From NCBI GenBank assembly GCA_964602665.1, contig CAZRRH010000002.1, positions 1 to 60,170 of the forward strand: a DNA stretch of 60,170 bases, read 5' to 3'. The stretch is from an uncultured Candidatus Saccharibacteria bacterium (GTDB taxonomy: Bacteria > Patescibacteriota > Dojkabacteria > SC72 > WJKH01). The number at the start of each line of letters is the position of its first letter. Positions within the stretch are counted from its first letter, which is position 1. The position numbers and the translations under genes are program-made. Shown in pieces: positions 44,877-55,117 of the stretch. The notes below the pieces were generated by a model. The model saw nothing but the letters and a program-made list of their open reading frames with translations. It was not told the DNA's origin and searched no databases.

Positions 44877-46583
44877 ATGCATAAAAAGTCATTAATTGCT
44901 GATCAGAATAAAATTAATTTAGTAATCAGAAGAATTTTAAGGGAAGATCCAACAATAATTAAACCGTCAGAAAGACATTTCCTTGAGAGAGAGAGTTTTT
45001 TAAAATCTTCTAAATTTGATAAGGAAGAGATAATTTTAAATGATATAAAGCTTATTGGAAGAGATGCATATATTGTAAAATTGCTTAAAAAAGTTGCTGA
45101 ATCTTTGCCAATTGACAGCTTTGATAATATTATTGAATTGCTTCCAGGAACAGCAGAGGAATTAAGCGTTGCTTTTAGCAAGGCAGGATATAGAAAAATT
45201 TATGATAAATTAGACATGTTTAATTTTTTCTCTGAAGATGAGTTATATTCTGTCAGGAAAAACTTTCAGGCATTAGGGTTTGATAAGGAAAGCGAAATTT
45301 TGATATCAGATGTTTTTTTATGGGCATCAAAAGAGCAAAAAGAATATGATGCTGTTATTGCTAAACATCCATTTGATGATCTTTTAATTGGGCAATTTGC
45401 ACAAGACAAAGGATTAAGTAGCTTTGATTATTTTAGGTCTCCAGTTAATTGCAAAAAGTCTTGGAAAATGCTAACTCAAAATTATTATTATTATTTAGAA
45501 AAGATTATTGAATTAGCAAAAAATATTTCAAGTATTGTTCGTAAGAATGGTTATTTTATAGTAATTAATCATCCTGATTCGTTCTCTACATTTAATAGGA
45601 TGGATGACAGATTGATATTGGCACAAGATGTAACGAACAGATTTATTACAGAATTGTATAGAAATGGTTTTGAATTTATAGAAAACACTGCTATAAATGA
45701 CTATAATAATAATACTTACGCAAACTCTTTGTTTGTATTGAAAAAGGAAAGATATTATAATAAGAAAAATGATACTGATAGCTTAGGCGACTTATTATCT
45801 GCTAATTTTGTGAAGAATGTAAACCCTGCTGTGGTGGGGAAGTTGTATTATCAGTCTCGTATGGAAATCTTTAAGAGCAATTCTTCTCAAAATGAAAATA
45901 GTTTGCACAATGAAGTCGAATTGTTAATTGATTTTATATGTATTAGCAGTAAAAGAATAAATTATAGGGAAAAATTAATTGAAGAAAAGATTTTTCAAGC
46001 TAGAGAATTGCTTAGGACAAAAGAAGGCTCTTATGAAGCGATTAAACTAATAAAATCATTGTTAAAAATCTTAAAGATTAAAACTAAAGATATAATTATA
46101 TATCAAAATATTTCTCCTTGCCAAAAAAGAAACAGACAAATTAGCTGCAAAGAGATATTTTCAGAACTTGGTATAAAAATAAGATATGTTATTGACGATT
46201 CGATTGAACAACAAACCCCTGGTAATTTTAAAAGTTATTTTGTAAATTTGGATAAGCTTCATTATATGGCATTATATTTCTTAAAAAAATACGATTTTGC
46301 GATTGTTAATGGTGGACACATAACTGTGATAGACAATAAAATAAAATATTTAGGAGGGTTTTGTTCGTTTAATAATCTTCTTGGTTTAGAGGAAGGGATA
46401 TTATTCGTTAACATAAAGAATATAAGTATAAAAAAGGTAATTGTCAAGCTAAAAAGTGAAAATCTAAAGCCGTGGAAAATTGTTGTTAATGTCGAAAATG
46501 ACTTTGATGAAGAGAAAAGAAATGATTTAGTTAAGGCTTTAAATTTATTCTCGGATGACATTGATATGGTTACTTATTATTGA
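44877..46583 (+). CDS. Class I SAM-dependent methyltransferase-like domain plus unknown C-terminal half
   Basis: IIELLPGTAE (motif I-like), KLDM, YDAVIAKHPFDD, SIVRKNGYFIV. Confidence 0.5.
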   Translation: MHKKSLIADQNKINLVIRRILREDPTIIKPSERHFLERESFLKSSKFDKEEIILNDIKLIGRDAYIVKLLKKVAESLPIDSFDNIIELLPGTAEELSVAFSKAGYRKIYDKLDMFNFFSEDELYSVRKNFQALGFDKESEILISDVFLWASKEQKEYDAVIAKHPFDDLLIGQFAQDKGLSSFDYFRSPVNCKKSWKMLTQNYYYYLEKIIELAKNISSIVRKNGYFIVINHPDSFSTFNRMDDRLILAQDVTNRFITELYRNGFEFIENTAINDYNNNTYANSLFVLKKERYYNKKNDTDSLGDLLSANFVKNVNPAVVGKLYYQSRMEIFKSNSSQNENSLHNEVELLIDFICISSKRINYREKLIEEKIFQARELLRTKEGSYEAIKLIKSLLKILKIKTKDIIIYQNISPCQKRNRQISCKEIFSELGIKIRYVIDDSIEQQTPGNFKSYFVNLDKLHYMALYFLKKYDFAIVNGGHITVIDNKIKYLGGFCSFNNLLGLEEGILFVNIKNISIKKVIVKLKSENLKPWKIVVNVENDFDEEKRNDLVKALNLFSDDIDMVTYY

Positions 46584-46624
46584 TAAGCTTAAATAGTTTA
46601 CGTATAAATTGTTACGAAAATGCT

Positions 46625-46951
46625 ATGAAAATTATTGAATACAGATATACAATACCTTTAGACAACAGGGATGAATTTTTAGAATATGCGAAAAGCACAC
46701 TTTAGCCTATCTGGCAAAAACATGGTTGCAAAAAACATGAGCTTTCTGTTGTTTCTTCATCTGTTTATGTTGGGAGATAAATTGTTGAGGAAGGCGCATT
46801 TATTGAGAGGTTATATTTTGAAGATGATTTTGATTTAAAGAATTTTTACAATGATGCCTTAACTTACGATAAAGAGAAAACCCGAGCTTATCAAGATAGG
46901 TTTCTTGCATCTTCTATTGAACTGAGAGTTTTAAATGTAATGGTCGAATAG
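46625..46951 (+). pseudogene. NIPSNAP/dimeric alpha-beta barrel-like gene with two in-frame stops
   Basis: MKIIEYRYTIP..RDEFLEYAKSTL*PIWQKHGC...GR*IVEEG...LNVMVE*; TAG 46703-05, TAA 46778-80; absent from the ORF track. Confidence 0.6.
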
Positions 46952-47049
46952 AGTTTCTTTTTTTTTAAGGTTTAGAAAAGTTTTTAAACATGGTAAAATA
47001 TAGCTCATACAAAATTTAAATATTTTATCAATTAAAAGCTAATAAAATC

Positions 47050-50000
47050 ATGAATGAAGCAGTAAGAAAATATCTTGAAGAAATCTTAAACAAATATAAA
47101 AGTGGACATGCAAGAGAACATGCTTATCGCCCTGCTCTTCAAAGGTTAGTTGAAGAAATAAACGATTCAATAAATGCAATCAATGACCCTAAACAGCAAA
47201 AAGTTGGTGCTCCTGACTTTGTACTTCTTAAAAACAAGACGCCAATCGGCTACATTGAGGCAAAAGATATTAATGTAGATCTTGACAAAGAATTTAAAAC
47301 AAAAAATCAGTTCAATCGCTATAAACAATCTTTAAATAATCTTTGTTTTACTAATTATTTACAATTTATATTCTATCTTAATGGACAAGAAGTACAGAGG
47401 GTCGAATTGGCAAAACTTGTTGATAAAAAAATTGAAATAATAGAAGAAAACATTCCTTTGTTTGAAAGTGTCCTGAAAAATTTCACAATAGCAAAAACAG
47501 TTTCAATAAAAAGTCCAAAAGAGCTAGCCTCATTAATGGCAGAAAAAGCGAAAATGCTTAAAAATGTTATATATCTTGCGCTTTCACAAGAGGAAGAGGA
47601 ACAGCAACAAATTGAGAAGCAGTTTGAGACTTTTAAACATATGCTAATTCACGATTTAACTAAGGAGCAGTACGCTGATATTTATGCACAGACGGTTGCA
47701 TATGGTATGTTTGCAGCTAGATATCATGACAATTCAATGGAAACATTTTCAAAAGATGAGGCAGGTAAACTTCTTCCAAAATCAAATCCATTTCTTAGGA
47801 ACTTTTTTGACACTATTACAGGGATAAATATTGATGATCGTATAGTTTGGATTGTTGATGATATGGCAGAGCTTTTTAATCATGTAAGTGTCCGTGAGTT
47901 GCTTGAGAATTATGGTAAAGATACAAAGAGAAATGATGTGATTGTGCATTTTTATGAGACTTTTCTTTCGGAGTATGATTCCAAAATGCGGAAATCACGA
48001 GGTGTTTACTACACTCCTGAGCCTGTTGTTGATTTTATTGTCAGAGCTGTTGATGACATTTTAAAGAGTGAGTTTGGGATTGCCGATGGGCTTGCTGATA
48101 CAAGTAAAATCGAAGTTGTAAAAGAGGTCCAAGGAAGTAAGAAAAAGCAAAAAGTAATGGAACACAGAGTACAAGTACTCGACCCCGCCACTGGTACTGG
48201 GACTTTTTTGGATCATGTAATCAAGCATATCTATAGAAGTAAGTTTGAGGGTCAGCAAGGGCTTTGGCAAAGCTATGTTGATGAGCATCTACTACCCCGT
48301 TTGCACGGTTTTGAGCTTTTGATGGCAAGTTATGCGATGGCTCATCTTAAATTGGACATAACTCTTGCCCAGACAGGATATGATTCCTCTAAGGGGCAAG
48401 GTGGGCGTTTGGGTGTATATCTTACTAATTCGCTTGAAGAACCAACCGCTACATATCGTGATTTGTTTTCACAATGGATTACGACTGAAAGTCTTGAAGC
48501 TAATAAGATTAAGAAGGAGAAGCCCATTATGGTGGTTATGGGAAATCCACCGTATTCGGTAAGTAGCTCTAATAAGGGAGAATGGATACAAAATCTTATC
48601 AAAGACTATAAAAAAGATTTGAATGAGAGAAAAATAAACCTCGATGACGATTACATCAAGTTTATTCGCTATGCCCAATGGTTTATTGAAAAGAACGGTG
48701 AAGGAATTATTGCCTACATTTCAAATAATTCTTTTATAGACGGAATTACTCATAGGCAGATGCGAAAGTCATTGCTCGAAACATTTAATAAAATCTATAT
48801 TCTAGATTTGCATGGGAATTCAAAGAAAAAAGAAGAATCTCCTGATGGTTCAAAAGATGAAAATGTTTTCGATATTATGCAAGGTGTAAGTATAAATATT
48901 TTTGTAAAAAATAAGAGTTCAAGAAGTAAATTAGGCGAAGTCTATCATTCAGAGTTGTGGGGAAAGCGAGAAGAGAAATACAATGAATTGTTCAATAATA
49001 TCGAGAAATTCACTTGGAGTAAATTACAATGCCAGTCTCCAAGTTATTTTTTTGTCCCAAAAGATTTCTCAAAGATTATTGATTATGAAAAAGCTATAAA
49101 TCTTTCGGACTTATTTAGGAGCTATTCTTCTGGTATCGAATCACAAAAAGATTCTGTTGCTATTCAATTTACAGATGGCGAAGCTGATATTATTTTCGAA
49201 GATTTCAAAAACCTAGACGCTGTAGATTTATCCAATAAATATAAAATTTGTGATACAAGAGACTGGACTATTAAGAATGCCAAAACGGATTTAATCAGCT
49301 CAAAAAGAGTGATAATTTCATATAGGCCATTCGATTATAGATATACCAATTACTCTGGTAAATCAAAAGGATTTATTGCATATCCTCGTGATGATGTCAT
49401 GAAGCAATTCGTTGAAAAAGCAAATTACGGCTTAGTGTTTAAAAGAGGGTTTTCTGAAAGTTTGGCGGCCCCCTGTTTCATCTCAGATACAATCATTGAT
49501 AGAAGGTTTTGGTCAAGACCTGGAATGCAAGGTGCTGAACAAATAGCCCCTCTTTACCTCCATTCTGAATCACGACTAGATTCTTCAACTCGTCAACCAA
49601 ACTTTGACCAAAAAATCATTGACGAGATTGCATTAAAACTAAAACTTCAATTTATCCCTGACCACGAACACGCAGATTCAGGCAAAGAAGGAACATTCAA
49701 TCCTCTAGATGTTCTTGACTATATTTACGCAATATTACACTCTCCAACATATCGAGAACGATACAAAGAATTCTTGAAAATAGATTTTCCTCGAATACCA
49801 TTTACATCAGATCAACAGCTATTCTGGGCTTTAGTGAAAAAAGGTCGAGAGCTGAGAGAGTACCACTTAATGGAACATGTAAACAGCAGTAAATTGATTA
49901 CTAAATTTCCAATTACTGGCGAAAATGAAATAACTCAATTCCCCAAATTTGATGGTAGCAAAGTATGGATAAACGAAACTCAGTACTTCGATAAAGTGCC

Positions 50001-50187
50001 TCAAATTGCATGGGAGTTTTATATTGGTGGCTATCAACCTGCTCAAAAATGGCTAAAAGATAGAAAAGGTCGTAAGTTGAGTTTTGATGAAGTTTTGCAT
50101 TATCAAAAGATTATTGTTGCATTGGTGAATACAGATAGGTTGATGAAGGAGATTGATAAATTAATACCGAAGTGGCCGATTAAATAA
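47050..50187 (+). CDS. Single-chain Type IIG-like RM enzyme (nuclease + m6A MTase + Type ISP-like specificity domain)
   Basis: GAPDF...GYIEAKD, GVYYTP, VLDPATGTGTF, GNPPY, DYIYAILHSP.YR..Y.EFLK.DFPRIP, WEFYIGGYQPAQKWLKDRK; no helicase motifs seen. Confidence 0.9.
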   Translation: MNEAVRKYLEEILNKYKSGHAREHAYRPALQRLVEEINDSINAINDPKQQKVGAPDFVLLKNKTPIGYIEAKDINVDLDKEFKTKNQFNRYKQSLNNLCFTNYLQFIFYLNGQEVQRVELAKLVDKKIEIIEENIPLFESVLKNFTIAKTVSIKSPKELASLMAEKAKMLKNVIYLALSQEEEEQQQIEKQFETFKHMLIHDLTKEQYADIYAQTVAYGMFAARYHDNSMETFSKDEAGKLLPKSNPFLRNFFDTITGINIDDRIVWIVDDMAELFNHVSVRELLENYGKDTKRNDVIVHFYETFLSEYDSKMRKSRGVYYTPEPVVDFIVRAVDDILKSEFGIADGLADTSKIEVVKEVQGSKKKQKVMEHRVQVLDPATGTGTFLDHVIKHIYRSKFEGQQGLWQSYVDEHLLPRLHGFELLMASYAMAHLKLDITLAQTGYDSSKGQGGRLGVYLTNSLEEPTATYRDLFSQWITTESLEANKIKKEKPIMVVMGNPPYSVSSSNKGEWIQNLIKDYKKDLNERKINLDDDYIKFIRYAQWFIEKNGEGIIAYISNNSFIDGITHRQMRKSLLETFNKIYILDLHGNSKKKEESPDGSKDENVFDIMQGVSINIFVKNKSSRSKLGEVYHSELWGKREEKYNELFNNIEKFTWSKLQCQSPSYFFVPKDFSKIIDYEKAINLSDLFRSYSSGIESQKDSVAIQFTDGEADIIFEDFKNLDAVDLSNKYKICDTRDWTIKNAKTDLISSKRVIISYRPFDYRYTNYSGKSKGFIAYPRDDVMKQFVEKANYGLVFKRGFSESLAAPCFISDTIIDRRFWSRPGMQGAEQIAPLYLHSESRLDSSTRQPNFDQKIIDEIALKLKLQFIPDHEHADSGKEGTFNPLDVLDYIYAILHSPTYRERYKEFLKIDFPRIPFTSDQQLFWALVKKGRELREYHLMEHVNSSKLITKFPITGENEITQFPKFDGSKVWINETQYFDKVPQIAWEFYIGGYQPAQKWLKDRKGRKLSFDEVLHYQKIIVALVNTDRLMKEIDKLIPKWPIK

Positions 50188-50420
50188 TATTGATTAGTTT
50201 AAACTTATAACAGAAGGAGTCACATCAAAAGAATTGGCAACACTATTACAGTTAATAGTCTTTATGATAATGGTATTAGTAAAGAAAAATACAGAAGCCC
50301 TTTTATTAAATATATCTTGAAACCTTAAGAATTAATGCTGTTTTATAAAGGAAATATTTTTGAAGATTATGAAAATTAAGACTAAGGAAACTAAAAATAA
50401 ATTATTTAAAACAAATTAAC

Positions 50421-51257
50421 ATGGCAGTACCAAAATATGACGACTTATTTCAGCCTTTACTTGATGCTTTACATGAGTTGGGTGGCTCAGCAAGCATAGA
50501 AGAGATTGATGATAAAGTAGCAAAAGTGCTTAAATTAAACGATGATGATATAAATGAAATTCATCGTGGCAATATGACAAAATTGAGTTATAGATTAGGA
50601 TGGTCGAGAAACTATCTTAAAAAATTTGGATTATTAGAAAATTCACAGAGAGGAGTTTGGAGGCTTACATTGAAAGGGCAAACCACAAAGAAAATTGATA
50701 AGGCAACAGTAAGACGAGAAGTAAGGAAAATGTCTAAAAAAGAAGTTGATATTAACGATATGGATGAAGGAACGACGCCGGAAGATATCGATACCACATG
50801 GCAAGAAGAACTTATTGGGAAACTATTGCGAGTATCTCCACAATCTTTTGAAAAACTTTGCCAGAGAGTTCTTAGGGAGGCAGGATTTGTACAAGTTGAG
50901 GTAACAGGTCGTAGCGGGGATGGCGGAATTGATGGAAAGGGAATATTAAAAATGAACGGTCTTCTTAGTTTTCATATTATCTTTCAATGCAAGCGCTACC
51001 AAAATGCAGTTTCTTCAAAAGAGATCAGAGATTTTCGTGGTGCAATGCAAGGTCGAACTGATAAAGGTCTTTTTATAACTACGAGTACTTTTACAAGAGA
51101 TGCAAAGCAGGAAGCTACTCGTGACGGAGCTCCTCCCATTGATTTAATTGATGGGAATTCTTTAGCAGAAAAAATGAAAGAATTAAATTTGGGCGTAAAA
51201 ATCAAAACAGAGGAGAATGTAAGTATTGACAATTCTTTTTTTGAAGAGTATTTTTAA
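50421..51257 (+). CDS. mrr: Mrr-family (Type IV) restriction endonuclease
   Basis: N-terminal wHTH (RLGWSRNYLKKFGLL..SQRGVW), GRSGDGGIDG...QCKRY, IRDFRGAM, LIDG. Confidence 0.93.
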   Translation: MAVPKYDDLFQPLLDALHELGGSASIEEIDDKVAKVLKLNDDDINEIHRGNMTKLSYRLGWSRNYLKKFGLLENSQRGVWRLTLKGQTTKKIDKATVRREVRKMSKKEVDINDMDEGTTPEDIDTTWQEELIGKLLRVSPQSFEKLCQRVLREAGFVQVEVTGRSGDGGIDGKGILKMNGLLSFHIIFQCKRYQNAVSSKEIRDFRGAMQGRTDKGLFITTSTFTRDAKQEATRDGAPPIDLIDGNSLAEKMKELNLGVKIKTEENVSIDNSFFEEYF

Positions 51258-51284
51258 TTTTAAAAAGCAAAAACTCCAAACAAA

Positions 51285-52340
51285 ATGCAAAACATAGAAA
51301 ATAAAACATTGCCAAAACTCCAGAAAGGAGATGCAGTTGCAATAATATCTCCTTCCTTTGCGGCACCTGCAAAATGGCCAAAAGTATATCAATTAGGATT
51401 ACAAAAAATAAAAGAAGTATTTGGCTTAATTCCAGTTGAGTATCCAACAACGAGCAAACTAGGTGCAAGTGGCGAAGAAAGAGCAAAAGACATCTTATCA
51501 GCTTTTCGTGACAGTAAAATCAAGGCTGTAATAGCATCATTGGGTGGCGATGACCAAATAGCATACATTTGGAAACATTTGGCTAAACACAAAGATGTTT
51601 TTATTAATAATCCAAAGCCATTTTTTGGATACTCCGATAATACACATCTAATCAACTTCTTATGGTTACAGGGTATTCCTTCATTTTATGGAGGGAGTCT
51701 TTTTACCGAATTTGCGATGCAAGGGCATATGGATGATTTCACAATAAATTACCTTAAAAAAGCTCTGTTTGAAAATGGCGAGTTTGAACTAACAGCAAGT
51801 CAAGAATTTAACGATGAAGGCTTAAGTTGGGGTGATGATTCAAATCTAAATAAAAGAAGAAGATATCAAGCCAATGAAGGTTGGTACTGGGATGGACAAA
51901 TTGATTCAGAAGGTATTCTTTGGGGCGGTTGTATTGAATCAATTGATGAATTATTAAGGCATGGTACGCCAATTCCCTCTCTTTCACAATTTGAAAACAT
52001 AATTTTATTAGCTGAGTCATCTGAAGAGTTACCAAGTAGTGATTATGTTAATAGGGTTTTTAGAGCTTTTGGAGAAAGAGGTGTTCTTGAGAGAATACAG
52101 GGCGTTGTAATAGGAAGACCAAAGGCTTGGGAATTCGACAAACAGAATACCGACGAACAAAAAGTTGAATATAAAAAGCAACAAAGAGATACGATTTTAG
52201 ACATTGTTAGAAAATATAATTCTACAATTCCAATAGTGCAAAATCTTGATTTTGGCCACACAGCTCCGCAGATTCCTATGCCTATGGGGAAGTTGATGAA
52301 AATAAAGGTTGGCGAAAAGAAAATTTTTGCTCAGTTTTAA
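51285..52340 (+). CDS. S66 family LD-carboxypeptidase (MccF/LdcA-like)
   Basis: IISPS, GYSDNT (Ser), ESSEE (Glu), DFGHT.PQ (His). Confidence 0.9.
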   Translation: MQNIENKTLPKLQKGDAVAIISPSFAAPAKWPKVYQLGLQKIKEVFGLIPVEYPTTSKLGASGEERAKDILSAFRDSKIKAVIASLGGDDQIAYIWKHLAKHKDVFINNPKPFFGYSDNTHLINFLWLQGIPSFYGGSLFTEFAMQGHMDDFTINYLKKALFENGEFELTASQEFNDEGLSWGDDSNLNKRRRYQANEGWYWDGQIDSEGILWGGCIESIDELLRHGTPIPSLSQFENIILLAESSEELPSSDYVNRVFRAFGERGVLERIQGVVIGRPKAWEFDKQNTDEQKVEYKKQQRDTILDIVRKYNSTIPIVQNLDFGHTAPQIPMPMGKLMKIKVGEKKIFAQF

Positions 52341-52432
52341 GACAAAAACTTGTATAAGAAAGCAACTTTTTTCTTAGCAACAATCAATAATAATATGCTA
52401 TAATATCATAGATATAAAACACAAATCGCAAC

Positions 52433-53362
52433 ATGCAAAAAAAATACACAAAACTATTAAAAGAGCTAACATCAATCTCCCCCAGAAGAGGAGACGGAGA
52501 GCAAAAAGCTTGTGAAACAATAAAACGCCATCTAGAACAAAACAAAATAGCCTACACAGCACAAACATTTACCACCAAAATACCTGTGACAAAAAAAGTA
52601 CAGTTATATACAGATGGCGAAAAAATACCATGCATAGCATCAACATTTGTAAGTGGAAAAATAGACAAAAAATCACCAATCTTAAACTCAATAGATGCGA
52701 AATCAGACGGCCCAGCAATAGTATTTCATCCAGTTTCCAAAGGAATATGTATGCAAGCATATAAAAACTTCCCTTGTATTTCTGTAAATAGAGACTCAGT
52801 TGCAAAATTAATAATGGCAAAAGAAATAATTGGCGAGGTAGAAGTGGATTCACAAGGTTTTAAGTCTGCCAACATCATTGTTGGAAACTTAGTAAATCCA
52901 AGCAAAATCGTTTTTGCACATTATGATTCAATTATCGGTGCCGGTGCAATTGATAATGCCGGAAGTGTAGAGGTAGTATATCAAGTGCTATCAGAAAACA
53001 AAGATCTACTGGACAAACATCTTTTTGTCTTTGCGGGATCAGAAGAAGAGTCTATTTCAAGTCATTTTGGTCTTTACGGATTTGAGATTTTTGGTCAGAA
53101 GTATGGAGCACTTTTGGAAATTGCCGAGGAAATAATAGTTCTTGATGGGGTAGGCGTTGGAACGCCATCTTTTACAAGTGATCATATTGATTGGGTTTTT
53201 GAAATTTCCAATATGCCCGATCTTGCGCAAAAAACTGTTTGGATGCTTAATGATCAATCTTTAGTTATGCAGTACTATCACAGCGATTTGGATACTTTAG
53301 ATAAATTAGATCATCGCTTCTTGGATGAGGCGAAAACTTTGCTTTTGGAGCAGCTAAGATAA
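52433..53362 (+). CDS. M28 family zinc peptidase
   Basis: AHYDS, GAIDNAGSV, GSEEE, YYHS..D. Confidence 0.85.
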   Translation: MQKKYTKLLKELTSISPRRGDGEQKACETIKRHLEQNKIAYTAQTFTTKIPVTKKVQLYTDGEKIPCIASTFVSGKIDKKSPILNSIDAKSDGPAIVFHPVSKGICMQAYKNFPCISVNRDSVAKLIMAKEIIGEVEVDSQGFKSANIIVGNLVNPSKIVFAHYDSIIGAGAIDNAGSVEVVYQVLSENKDLLDKHLFVFAGSEEESISSHFGLYGFEIFGQKYGALLEIAEEIIVLDGVGVGTPSFTSDHIDWVFEISNMPDLAQKTVWMLNDQSLVMQYYHSDLDTLDKLDHRFLDEAKTLLLEQLR

Positions 53363-53374
53363 ATCAATTCAAAT

Positions 53375-53725
53375 ATGGAAAATACAAATGAAAATAGTAT
53401 AACAATCGCAAAAATACATAAAGAATTTGTGCCCAAATATGACCGTTGGCAAGGAAAACTATTTCCAAGAATAAAATCGTGGTTTGCTCATATTGGTGAA
53501 GTCGTGATTCTGTGGCTTAAAGGCAATAAGCCTTATTACAAACATGGCAGAACTCTTGGTACTTGTAGAGAGCATTCTAAAACGGAGCTAGGCGATTGGT
53601 TATGGCTTACTGCCGAAATTTTTTGGATGATTACTAAAATTGAGCTTTATATCGTGCCTAAAAGCACTTTTAAAAGGGTTTGGGATAAGATGCAGGAGAA
53701 TAAGGATAGTGATTTGAAAAAATAA
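53375..53725 (+). CDS. Hypothetical protein, weakly MazG-like
   Basis: KTELGDWLW resembles the MazG ELGD motif; otherwise unclear. Confidence 0.35.
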   Translation: MENTNENSITIAKIHKEFVPKYDRWQGKLFPRIKSWFAHIGEVVILWLKGNKPYYKHGRTLGTCREHSKTELGDWLWLTAEIFWMITKIELYIVPKSTFKRVWDKMQENKDSDLKK

Positions 53726-53729
53726 GTAT

Positions 53730-54926
53730 ATGACAGAGAAATCGAACTGGAAAAGAAACATACTAGTATATAAAATAGACTCATTAATCAACTGGTTTTT
53801 TATACCCATAGGGGTATATATATTAATATGGAACAATGACCTAAAACTAAGCTTTTCACAAATAAATAGTGCCATATCAATAGGACTCATATGGAGCGTC
53901 ATATTGGAGCTACCTTCTGGAGCTTTGGCTGACTTAATAGGCAGAAAAAAAACAATAATCATAGGCAGAATATTTCTTGTCATAGCGTATGTGGCATTTG
54001 CATTACAGCATAATTGGTTAGGAATAATGCTCCATCAGATATTTTATTATACGGATCAAGCAATGAACTCAGGAGCTCAATCAGCTCTCTTATTTGATTC
54101 ATTAAAAGAAAATGAAAAAGAGAAAGAATATTATAAAAAAGTTGAAGCAGATTCGTTTTTTCTAAATACTGTTGGCATGGGAGTTGCTAGCATAATAAGT
54201 GGCTTGTTATATAAGATTAACAGTTTTCTACCATTTACAATAATGATTCCGATAACAATAACAGGTGCCGTGATGTCTTTCTTTTATACAGAGCCAAAAA
54301 TCGATTCTCAAAAATACTCACTTAAGGCGTATTTACGACAAAATGTCGACGGCATGAAACATATCGTTAGGAATTCTAAAATAAAGTGGATATCCATATT
54401 TAGTATAATAACAATGACAATTACATATGTGTCCTTGTGGTATATATACGAACCAAGAATAACAGTTGCTTTTGATAATCCTATCTTGATAACATGGCTT
54501 ATTGGCGGTACTTATATAATTAGGGCCGTTGGAATAAAATTTATCAATGTTCTTGACAAGAAGATTGATCAGAAACGCGCACCTGTTTTTATTGCATTCC
54601 TACAGTCTATTGGCTCCATGCTGTCATTTATAAAAAACGGCTTCGGTGCAATATCTTCGGTTTATCTTCGTAAGTTTTCTGATGGATATATTCGCCCAAC
54701 TGTTTTAAACTTGCAAAACGAGAATATTGAATCTAGATATAGAGCAACTTCGCTTTCTGCTATTAGCCTTTTTTACAATATTTTAGTCTCTGTAATTGGA
54801 GTTTTTATCGGTTTTTTGATGGATAAATTAGGGCCTGCTACAACTTTAGGCTTAGTTGGTACTGTTGGCTTGATTGTTGGTCTTCCAGTTGCTTTTAAGC
54901 TTTCAACTGTTCTTTCAAAGGAATGA
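53730..54926 (+). CDS. MFS transporter
   Basis: ELPSGALADLIGRKKTIIIG motif A, SGAQSALLFDSL, RATSLS; ~12 TM. Confidence 0.92.
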   Translation: MTEKSNWKRNILVYKIDSLINWFFIPIGVYILIWNNDLKLSFSQINSAISIGLIWSVILELPSGALADLIGRKKTIIIGRIFLVIAYVAFALQHNWLGIMLHQIFYYTDQAMNSGAQSALLFDSLKENEKEKEYYKKVEADSFFLNTVGMGVASIISGLLYKINSFLPFTIMIPITITGAVMSFFYTEPKIDSQKYSLKAYLRQNVDGMKHIVRNSKIKWISIFSIITMTITYVSLWYIYEPRITVAFDNPILITWLIGGTYIIRAVGIKFINVLDKKIDQKRAPVFIAFLQSIGSMLSFIKNGFGAISSVYLRKFSDGYIRPTVLNLQNENIESRYRATSLSAISLFYNILVSVIGVFIGFLMDKLGPATTLGLVGTVGLIVGLPVAFKLSTVLSKE

Positions 54927-55060
54927 TTTAAGTTTAGATGTGATGAAAATGATAGAAGATAAAAATGCACCAGAAATTATCAAAAATATTTAATGAATTT
55001 AATATTAAACCCATAAATCAAATAAAATGAAAACCATTCACTAATTTATGTAAACTGCAT

Positions 55061-55088
55061 TTGACAAAAACGGTAAACTAAGTATAAT
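55061..55088 (+). promoter_or_regulatory. Consensus sigma70 promoter
   Basis: TTGACA(55061-66)-16 nt-TATAAT(55083-88), upstream of ATG 55118. Confidence 0.75.
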
Positions 55089-55117
55089 TAAATTATTAAA
55101 TTTTTATAATATCAAAT

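Noticed and set aside
39692-46780. Alternative genetic code or stop readthrough
   Set aside because: Only isolated internal stops of three different types in decayed genes; core genes translate fully in code 11
50200-50328. Startless open frame RSHIKRIGNTITVNSLYDNG...
   Set aside because: No start codon or recognisable family; at most a gene remnant
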